In this document: positions 6,484-13,387 of the stretch, piece by piece | How positions within the stretch are numbered: the first letter of the stretch is position 1 | How the letters are laid out: each line of letters starts with the position of its first letter | Origin: a virus | DNA: 21,969 nt | Virus record (IMG/VR): IMGVR_UViG_3300028299_000002 | Coordinates: 1-21,969 of that record | Direction: 5' to 3' (one strand) | Translations under genes and position numbers: made by a program | The notes under the pieces: generated by a model | The model's input: only the letters and a program-made list of their open reading frames with translations | Told to the model about the DNA's origin: nothing | The model's database searches: none

Positions 6484-6540
6484 TTCGTTCTCCTTTATAT
6501 TTGTTATTTTTTACGGCGTGCCTCATCTTTGTCGTTAGAA
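6411..6540 (+). repeat. attC-like site 9 (chimeric arms; last site of the array)
   Basis: R'' GCCTAAC (GCGCCTAAC complements GTTAGGCGC at 6183). Right arm CGTGCCTCATCTTTGTCGTTA is identical to site 4 but does not pair with its own left arm GCTTCACGTCAACG. Confidence 0.7.
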
Positions 6541-6618
6541 AGCGGCAGGAAGATTTGTGGTCTCCCCACCATTCGGATATACGGAGTCAATATTTATTAA
6601 TAATACTTTCATGTCGGT

Positions 6619-7125
6619 TCAATTCAGTTTATCAGTATCAATTACCGTTTTACTGGCTTCCTGAATCAGACGCTTTTCTTCTGTTTTAATCTTCTGTATA
6701 TCTGATTTATCATTCCTGTATGTCCTGATATTTATATCGTCTAATGTGAATACCATAAACGGTTCAATGCTATATTCCAATTTTATCAATTGATTTGATT
6801 CACTTATTATTTTGAATCGTTTCCTTACAATATCAAGATATGTAAACCGTGCATGATCATAATACTCCATGTTTATATCCAGTTCTCCGGTTTCAGTTGA
6901 TTCAAGTATTTTCCGTAACCATACTGTTGATAATGCCTGATCAAACATTAACCCTGCCGCTCCATTAATATTTGCTTCCTCCGGATTACTAAATTTACTG
7001 CTAATTGCAACATTATAGGCACCCAGGACCAGTAACCAATCCGGGAGTTTATCAGAATAGATATCAAAATTTTTGTAAAAATAATCAATCAAATACATTT
7101 CTGTTAATATGATTTTCTTTTCCAT
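6619..7125 (-). CDS. hypothetical protein
   Basis: 168-aa ORF coupled to the upstream gene by a TAATG overlap. Confidence 0.7.
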   Translation of the reverse strand: MEKKIILTEMYLIDYFYKNFDIYSDKLPDWLLVLGAYNVAISSKFSNPEEANINGAAGLMFDQALSTVWLRKILESTETGELDINMEYYDHARFTYLDIVRKRFKIISESNQLIKLEYSIEPFMVFTLDDINIRTYRNDKSDIQKIKTEEKRLIQEASKTVIDTDKLN

Positions 7126-7268
7126 TATGACCCGTTCTTTTTGTTATACAATTCCGGTGGTACTATTTTTCTGCACTTTGGATTTGGACATTTAATATCA
7201 CCCTGTTTATTCGGGACGAGAAACTTCGTTTTAAACGTTGCGCCACATGAACATGTTATCTTAGCCAT
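7125..7268 (-). CDS. small zinc-ribbon protein
   Basis: Not in the track: MAKITCSCGATFKTKFLVPNKQGDIKCPNPKCRKIVPPELYNKKNGS (CxC...CxxxxC); overlaps both neighbours by a few bases. Confidence 0.65.
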   Translation of the reverse strand: MAKITCSCGATFKTKFLVPNKQGDIKCPNPKCRKIVPPELYNKKNGS

Positions 7269-8019
7269 TTATCCCTTCTAAAAGTTTTTCTATCTTTTCA
7301 ACAATCACCTTATATTTTCCACCATCTCCCTGGTTCACAATTAATTCCTCAAGTCGTTCAACTACATTACTTGAATCGACCCATCTATTTGAATGAGTAT
7401 GGATAAGACTTGATAGCTGTTGATATATTTGATTTTCTTTTTTATATCGTTCAAACAGCTCTGTATTAATCTCTAATCGACTTAATTCGGAGATAATCTT
7501 GCTGTTTACTTTATAGGCCAGGTTCCTGGTACTGAGTTTATTATTCAACCATTCTGTGAAATATTCTCTGCTCGAATTGAAGAATGGATATGGTCTGTCT
7601 TCTAATCTCGAAAATATGATGTATAGGTATAAATCAGCCGGTATATCAACATTTCTAAACAGACTTTTCTTCTTTGTATAGAATGATGATTTTTCCTGAT
7701 TATAGTATATCAAACCAACTTGCGGATCAATCTCAGATATATCAATTATTCCCGGTGGACACACAAAGTTGAACCGATGACAATATGGTAAATAGCCAGC
7801 CCACTTTTCATCGGCCAAGAAGTCATTGCGATTGACTTTGATTTCATATCCGGTGACACAGGGGTGCGCCCAACTTTTTTTAATTGCAACAGCATCAATT
7901 TTTAGCAATCCTGTTCCCCAGGATCGACCGGTCTTTACTTCAGTCAAAAAGTAATCCTTATAACTATCACCGTGTTTCTTTGCCAACGCACCCTTGATCT
8001 GACTTGCAGTCACGTTCAT
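7261..8019 (-). CDS. MmcB-like PD-(D/E)xK nuclease
   Basis: EVKTG...IDAVAI...GYEIKVNRNDFLADEKWAGYLPYCHRFNFVCP pattern; start at a TAATG overlap at 8019. Confidence 0.75.
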   Translation of the reverse strand: MNVTASQIKGALAKKHGDSYKDYFLTEVKTGRSWGTGLLKIDAVAIKKSWAHPCVTGYEIKVNRNDFLADEKWAGYLPYCHRFNFVCPPGIIDISEIDPQVGLIYYNQEKSSFYTKKKSLFRNVDIPADLYLYIIFSRLEDRPYPFFNSSREYFTEWLNNKLSTRNLAYKVNSKIISELSRLEINTELFERYKKENQIYQQLSSLIHTHSNRWVDSSNVVERLEELIVNQGDGGKYKVIVEKIEKLLEGING

Positions 8020-8939
8020 TATTTCACCACCGGGTATTGATGCCATTCTTTCCCGTCCAATAAATGACCAGAATTCTTTTTACCAACTTTGATTAATTCC
8101 TTCATTCCAGATCCGTATATTCCATCCTCACAGGCATATGTTCCCCACTGTTTAAAGAAAAACGGAATATTTGCTTCTATACATTGATCTCTCAATGACC
8201 GTACCCAATCCGGTTTCATCGGTCGTGATCCGTGACCAGATTCACCGCCGCAGATTATCCAATTGATAGGATTATGTGTTATAACGTATTTCAACATCTC
8301 TCTATTTACTTTTAATAATGCGGATTGATTACCACAAAATATATCACCGGTAAGTGCATTTATATTATATTCACTGTTGAATGGAATATTCATATTCAAT
8401 TCACTAAGCATTGGCTCTACACTCACAAAGCGCACCGCCGCCGGTATCTGCATTAGAACAGGAATACGCTGATCAGCTGTTTTCTGATTCTCGACCGTCA
8501 CACCCACCCAAATATGTTTCCATTGTGGTTGAGCAAAATTCTTATAATTGAATTCCAACATTCTCTCTGGCCGCTTGGTTAATATCAAGTAAGTATGGTG
8601 GTCCGCACCATACATGGGATTTGTCATATAATCGAATACTCTATCAATCAATTCTACCGGTATATCGGGATGAAACAGATCACCCATATATTGAATCCCG
8701 ATTCTTCTAGGTTTCTTCCAACTACTGAGTTTCTTCAATTCTTTATGAACCAGACGATACTCCATCTTCCGGTCATCAAAAGGGATATGATTGCCAAACC
8801 TGTTATTCATCGATTCGGCCCAACAATTTTTACAACCTTCGGATATTTTGGTACAGTGATATCCTAAACCAGAACTTCCCTTGATTTTTGTCTGGATCGG
8901 ATTTATAGTCTCATCCAGGTATTCTATTTTTGTACTCAT
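8019..8939 (-). CDS. phage Gp37/Gp68 (DUF5131) family protein
   Basis: CTKISEGCKNCWA, MGDLFH, LTKRPER, GVTVENQ, FVSVEPML, WIICGGESG and FFFKQWG. Confidence 0.92.
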   Translation of the reverse strand: MSTKIEYLDETINPIQTKIKGSSGLGYHCTKISEGCKNCWAESMNNRFGNHIPFDDRKMEYRLVHKELKKLSSWKKPRRIGIQYMGDLFHPDIPVELIDRVFDYMTNPMYGADHHTYLILTKRPERMLEFNYKNFAQPQWKHIWVGVTVENQKTADQRIPVLMQIPAAVRFVSVEPMLSELNMNIPFNSEYNINALTGDIFCGNQSALLKVNREMLKYVITHNPINWIICGGESGHGSRPMKPDWVRSLRDQCIEANIPFFFKQWGTYACEDGIYGSGMKELIKVGKKNSGHLLDGKEWHQYPVVK

Positions 8940-9580
8940 TTAACTGGTGTCCTTTTATCTCCACTTAGTTTTAATATTTTACACCAACCGCTAATTCTAC
9001 TGGATATTCTTCTGTCTATATACTTATCTATTTCATCAAGGGTAAAATTGCTTGTGATAATAGTCTGTAGACGATTTTGTTCACGATAGTTTATTATTAA
9101 ATAGGATACCTGGCGAACAAAGTCTGTCATTTTCTCTACACCAAAATCATCAATAACCAGGCATCCGCTAAATGTTTTATTTTCATCTACCAGTGATGCT
9201 TTATTTTCATAATCGGTTTGAATACTGAAAATAAACTCTGGATATGATAAAAATGAACCCGTTTTTTTATTTTTCCAAATATCTTTCAATATCAATGTTG
9301 CCAGAAATGTTTTGCCACTACCGGCCTCACCAAATAGATATAGACTTTCATTAGTATCTTTAATGTGTTTTTTAATATCATACTTGTCTTCGGCATCACG
9401 ATAGATAAGTGGAAGTCCAGGTAAGTGTGATTTATATTCACAATCTGAACAGGTACTATTTATTATGCCACTATATTTATATGTTCGTCTGATATAGTCT
9501 ACTCCCCACCGATTTATCAATCGTTTATACTCATTATATTTTATAGGCATTTCGTTACCACATGAACATACATATTTCAT
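8936..9580 (-). CDS. DnaC/IstB-like ATPase (helicase loader)
   Basis: Walker A GEAGSGKT, Walker B LVIDDFG, TIITSN and RISSR; follows the initiator. Confidence 0.9.
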   Translation of the reverse strand: MKYVCSCGNEMPIKYNEYKRLINRWGVDYIRRTYKYSGIINSTCSDCEYKSHLPGLPLIYRDAEDKYDIKKHIKDTNESLYLFGEAGSGKTFLATLILKDIWKNKKTGSFLSYPEFIFSIQTDYENKASLVDENKTFSGCLVIDDFGVEKMTDFVRQVSYLIINYREQNRLQTIITSNFTLDEIDKYIDRRISSRISGWCKILKLSGDKRTPVK

Positions 9581-10437
9581 TTTATTTCCTCTGTCAAATG
9601 AGAATACCTTGATCCGATATTTTTTTTATCACGATTATCGTAATTTCCTTCAAGTATTTTAACAAAATTGGTCGGTCGTATAATCCAATCAAAGGATACA
9701 TGAAATTCCTTTTTACGGCCCATTAAGAAATCGGATTCTTTTACAGTAATAAATAGTTTCTTAAATACATCAAGATTTGGATGTTCACGCCACCTTGCCC
9801 GAACACTCCTCATCCTTATATCCGTATATTCCTGCACAACTGGTAATTCCGGTAGTATTTCTGTAAATAATCTGACAATTTCTTTATGTGGGCATGGTGA
9901 TGATGATGTACTCTCTACTCTCTTCTTCTCTTTTCTTCTCTTCTCTTCTCTTCTTTGTGGATTATCCCCTTCAAAATCATCGTTATTTGGTTTTTCCAAC
10001 TCTGGAAACTCAGTTTCCGGCTCTGTTAACTCAGTTTCCGCCTCTATATTATATTTGTTATATATTTTATCAATGGTAGTGCAATTGAGTATCCGGTCTT
10101 TATACGCATCTCTAACTGAGTCTAAAAAATCGGAGCTTGCAATCACCCTATGTTTATCCCAAAGGTGTTGATCAAGTTTGCCGGTTTTAACCATTACTTC
10201 AATCATCTCTAAGGCATCGTTTTCATTTTTAACCAGACACTCACCCGACAAATACATTAGATCAATATCAGTTTTTATTTGATAGTGATGGTCCGGTGTG
10301 ATTGCTAAAAAGTCCAGAATCTTATAAAAAAAACCATACCCAATCAGTCCATATTTATTTTGAAGAATAAATAATGTTTTCCCCTTTTTTACATAATGAG
10401 GATAATAATCAACATCTCTACGTGAAGGTCGTCCCAT
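9577..10437 (-). CDS. phage replication initiator (DUF4373/Lin1244-like N-terminus)
   Basis: MGRP..DYYPH...KYGLIGYG N-terminus, charged linker and C-terminal FDWIIRPTNFVKILEGNY; upstream of the DnaC-like gene. Confidence 0.82.
   Translation of the reverse strand: MGRPSRRDVDYYPHYVKKGKTLFILQNKYGLIGYGFFYKILDFLAITPDHHYQIKTDIDLMYLSGECLVKNENDALEMIEVMVKTGKLDQHLWDKHRVIASSDFLDSVRDAYKDRILNCTTIDKIYNKYNIEAETELTEPETEFPELEKPNNDDFEGDNPQRREEKRRKEKKRVESTSSSPCPHKEIVRLFTEILPELPVVQEYTDIRMRSVRARWREHPNLDVFKKLFITVKESDFLMGRKKEFHVSFDWIIRPTNFVKILEGNYDNRDKKNIGSRYSHLTEEIK
10000..10070. repeat. candidate origin: two tandem 21-bp repeats plus AT-rich tract inside the initiator gene
   Basis: CTCTGGAAACTCAGTTTCCGG / CTCTGTTAACTCAGTTTCCGC, followed by ATATTATATTTGTTATATATTTTAT. 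Confidence 0.45.
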
Positions 10438-10446
10438 TCTATTCCT

Positions 10447-10572
10447 TTAAAACCCGTATTTAAGCATTAAACCCATTATCAGGCCGACAATAAAAAAACA
10501 AACCAAAATTGCAAACAGAGATACTTTCGTATAACGATGCTCATCACTTGGTCTTAATAACATACTTCTCAT
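10447..10572 (-). CDS. small membrane protein
   Basis: Not in the track: MRSMLLRPSDEHRYTKVSLFAILVCFFIVGLIMGLMLKYGF, with an AGGAG SD. Confidence 0.55.
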   Translation of the reverse strand: MRSMLLRPSDEHRYTKVSLFAILVCFFIVGLIMGLMLKYGF

Positions 10573-10587
10573 ATATCAGGCTCCTTT

Positions 10588-10845
10588 CTATCCTATAATA
10601 CATGCAACCCCCGAATTGTCCCTTTTACGATTTAACTCATTGAATTTAAACTTGATTATCTCACCAACCGGGCCATTATCAATCCCTATTTCACGCAACA
10701 ACTTAGCTGCCGCACCAGGACTGAACTCACTGAATAGCACACGTTCCAATATCACCTGATTATCCTGAATGTCTTTTTCAGTTAGCCCCATTTTAGTTAC
10801 CGCTATCTCGAATTTGTTTTGCTCGTTCATCCAAATAATTATCAT
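10588..10845 (-). CDS. hypothetical protein
   Basis: 85-aa ORF within the operon. Confidence 0.55.
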   Translation of the reverse strand: MIIIWMNEQNKFEIAVTKMGLTEKDIQDNQVILERVLFSEFSPGAAAKLLREIGIDNGPVGEIIKFKFNELNRKRDNSGVACIIG

Positions 10846-10896
10846 ACATGATTTCTATGATTTCATCAGATATCACTTGCCGTACCTCACGATTAC

Positions 10897-11433
10897 TTAA
10901 ATCAGCATTCGGATATTTTGATAATGCCTCATCGACGATTGTATGAATGGATTTCGCTGCCTGTATCTCCTAATATTAGTCATCTTGTCAATACATCTGA
11001 TCCCATTCAGGTGATCTATCTCATGTTCCATTATAATTGCATCCATCCCGGAATATTCAATCTCAATTTCGGTTTCCTGCCATTTCTTAACAGAAATATA
11101 TTTCACTTTGATCTTTTGGGGACGCTTAATATCACCACGGATACCCGGAAACGACAGACAACCTTCTGCAACTGATAATTGATTCCCCTGGCGTTCAATT
11201 ATTTCAGGATTAATATATACTCTCATTTCAATCGAAAGATCACCATGCCAGCCAATCTTTGCCACGCAAACCCGTTCCATGATCCCCAGCTGATTTGCGG
11301 CCAATCCTAAACAGGGATGACTACGAACAAATTTCATCATCATATTACCAACCTTGACGGCTCTCTTTATATCGGTATGATCACATTTGGTTAAAAGTTT
11401 CTTATTGCTCGGACCAATCAGATTAAGACTCAT
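10897..11433 (-). CDS. def: peptide deformylase
   Basis: All three PDF motifs: GLAANQLG, EGCLS and HEIDHLNG. Confidence 0.95.
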   Translation of the reverse strand: MSLNLIGPSNKKLLTKCDHTDIKRAVKVGNMMMKFVRSHPCLGLAANQLGIMERVCVAKIGWHGDLSIEMRVYINPEIIERQGNQLSVAEGCLSFPGIRGDIKRPQKIKVKYISVKKWQETEIEIEYSGMDAIIMEHEIDHLNGIRCIDKMTNIRRYRQRNPFIQSSMRHYQNIRMLI

Positions 11434-11435
11434 AA

Positions 11436-12128
11436 TTATACCTCAATATCTGCTGATTCTAAATGCGCTTCATGAAAAGGATCAATAGCCGGATCAACGA
11501 CCCTTAACAATCCAGTAATTATTTTTGCTGTACCAAATTCATCTTTTATTGGTTGTTCATGTGTATCAATGTCTTTAATCAATCTGGCGATAACGGCCCC
11601 CAATGAATCAAGCGGTATTCTGTAACCACGTTGATAATATTTCAATACACGTAATAATGAACCACCGGCATCCTCATTTCTAACAGGATTACGATATATC
11701 AGTCTTTTCGATGCAAGATCAATGTAAAATCTCTTATCACAATAAGAGTCCCAGCTTGTTCCATCATAAAATATGACAGCACAACATACTGTAAAATCAA
11801 AACTGTCTGATACCGCTTTTGGTTCTTGAAATAACCACCGTTTAATGATCTGGACCGGAAGGTTCCCGCCACGGATCGTATAGGCATTGTCAGTTTTATG
11901 TACGTCACGTTTTTTAGCAGCAAGTTTATAGGCCAGTAATTCAGCATCTTTTTCTGTTTTTACAAATAAATCGATGTCATTAATTGGCTCCCTGGCGATT
12001 ATTGATCGTATAAAACCACCACCTACATAGATTGAATTGTGCCATTCTTCTGATTTCATTAACGCTATCAGATTTTTAGGCATCCGCAGTAATGCAAATT
12101 TTAAATCTTGATAATCAAGTTTGTCCAT
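11436..12128 (-). CDS. nucleotidyltransferase (CCA-adding/poly(A) polymerase head-domain-like)
   Basis: YVGGGFIRS...DIDLF (GG..R / DxD), FDFTVC (cf. RDFTIN) and RVLKYYQRGY. Confidence 0.8.
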   Translation of the reverse strand: MDKLDYQDLKFALLRMPKNLIALMKSEEWHNSIYVGGGFIRSIIAREPINDIDLFVKTEKDAELLAYKLAAKKRDVHKTDNAYTIRGGNLPVQIIKRWLFQEPKAVSDSFDFTVCCAVIFYDGTSWDSYCDKRFYIDLASKRLIYRNPVRNEDAGGSLLRVLKYYQRGYRIPLDSLGAVIARLIKDIDTHEQPIKDEFGTAKIITGLLRVVDPAIDPFHEAHLESADIEV

Positions 12129-12486
12129 TATAAATCATTCTCCATTCTTTTATTACGGCACTTATTTTTCTGGGAAGTCCTAGGTTTTTAAAATAACTTG
12201 GTGTGATATATTCACGGGGAGTATTCTCGATTGCTATTCGTAAACTGTGAATGAATTCGAAACTCAAATATTTCATCATATCTGCAATTGCCAAACAGAC
12301 ATCCGAAGTATTCAGTACATTTTTCAACGTATCTACTGCCACACCCGTTTCTAGCATATCAGTACCTTCAAAGCCACTTAGGTATTGATTATCACTCAAA
12401 TCGTCGCCTGAACCAATATTATAGCGGTATAGCTCAGTTTTCTTGAGATGTTTGATAAGCAATTCTTTGTAACTCTTTTTCGGCAT
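12115..12486 (-). CDS. hypothetical protein
   Basis: 123-aa ORF between the tmRNA and the nucleotidyltransferase. Confidence 0.65.
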   Translation of the reverse strand: MPKKSYKELLIKHLKKTELYRYNIGSGDDLSDNQYLSGFEGTDMLETGVAVDTLKNVLNTSDVCLAIADMMKYLSFEFIHSLRIAIENTPREYITPSYFKNLGLPRKISAVIKEWRMIYNGQT

Positions 12487-12511
12487 TTTATTCTTTTACC
12501 TTTAGATTTAG

Positions 12512-12876
12512 TGGAGATGGAGGGAGTCGAACCCTCGTCCGAAATGGATCATTCTATAACATCTACAGGGTAGTTGTCTTATTTCAATACTTAAAACGAT
12601 TTAATCAGACAACAGACAATCAATCGTTCGCGTACACCTGATAAGCCTCTGGTGTCCGTACCGGATTTTGTCTAACACTTATTTTATAGCGTAGGAAAGA
12701 CAAACACGCCACCCGCTTAGACCTAGGCCCGTGCAGGAATTCCGTACTGTGGAACAGCCGGAATCATAAACGGCATAATGCCAGTTAATTTGTTTAAGGC
12801 TTTTTTATCGAAGCCCTGCCTCAAACTTCGCCTGCCATCATAAAATTCACACATCCCGTCGAAACCATTCATCCCC
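12512..12876 (-). ncRNA. ssrA: tmRNA
   Basis: 5' GGGGATGAATGGTTTCGACGGG and 3' GGACGAGGGTTCGACTCCCTCCATCTCCA. The acceptor stem has G3-U70 and discriminator A. pk1 is CGAAG/CTTCG + AGGC/GCCT. Resume context TTAACT|GGC, tag frame 12782..12723; 365 nt. Confidence 0.95.
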
Positions 12877-12890
12877 ATGTCAAAAAACTT

Positions 12891-12973
12891 GGAGCTATCA
12901 GGGGATGATTGTCTATAGATGTGGGATCGTTCAGTGAGTCATTTAAAGAACATTGACAACATCCCCCTGCTCC
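12891..12973 (-). other. long imperfect hairpin upstream of the tmRNA
   Basis: GGAGC/GCTCC, GGGGATG/CATCCCC, TTGTC/GACAA and ATGT/ACAT stems, followed by AAGTTTTTT. Confidence 0.65.
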
Positions 12974-12982
12974 GTCATTGAA

Positions 12983-13158
12983 ATTGTCAATAGCCTTTCT
13001 ATACTGGTTACAACCGGAGTCATCACCGGTCAGGTTGAACTGTGTACTTGACTAAGATATCATAATCGCCAAGCAGTGACCAACAGATCGCTGTTGCCCT
13101 TAGCACCCAAGAATACAAATTTGCATCTCAAGGCCGCCCCCACCATCTAAAAGACAAT
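12983..13158 (-). ncRNA. candidate multi-stem structured RNA, family not recognised
   Basis: Closing ATTGTC/GACAAT plus four internal hairpins with G-U pairs on the minus strand; no convincing ORF. Confidence 0.45.
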
Positions 13159-13188
13159 CTCAAATTCTATTATCAAAAAACGTGTTGA

Positions 13189-13371
13189 TTATTCAGATAT
13201 TTCCTTTTTCAATCCATCAACCAGAGAACGTACGGTTTCTTTTATGTATTCCATTCTTGAAACAGCACTATGGCTAATCATATTATCATCAATAGACGCG
13301 CTGGCTTCCTGTGTTTGTGAAATCCCGTCAACTTCTCGTTTAATTTTTACAGTGATAATCGTATTTTCCAC
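13189..13371 (-). CDS. hypothetical protein
   Basis: GTG start behind GAGGAG. Confidence 0.65.
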   Translation of the reverse strand: MENTIITVKIKREVDGISQTQEASASIDDNMISHSAVSRMEYIKETVRSLVDGLKKEISE

Positions 13372-13387
13372 TTTAATTAACTCCTCT

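Noticed and set aside
118-6540. Recurrent repeats read as a CRISPR array, REP/BIME elements or terminators
   Set aside because: Spacing is gene-sized and irregular, arm sequences vary while geometry is conserved, there are no U-tracts, and the cross-site core complementarity fits cassettes.
12509-12540. tRNA gene or prophage attachment-site fragment
   Set aside because: The T-arm/acceptor half pairs with a 5' end about 350 nt away, with pk1 and a tag frame in between, so it is a full tmRNA. No integrase or duplicated 3' end is nearby.
12891-12973. SRP (4.5S) RNA or tRNA
   Set aside because: No GNRA-capped domain IV with the CAGG/AGCA loop, and no T-loop or cloverleaf.
13015-13030. Hammerhead ribozyme core (TGATGA)
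   Set aside because: It reads GGTGATGA, not CTGATGA, and sits in a hairpin loop without the matching GAAA/stem arrangement.
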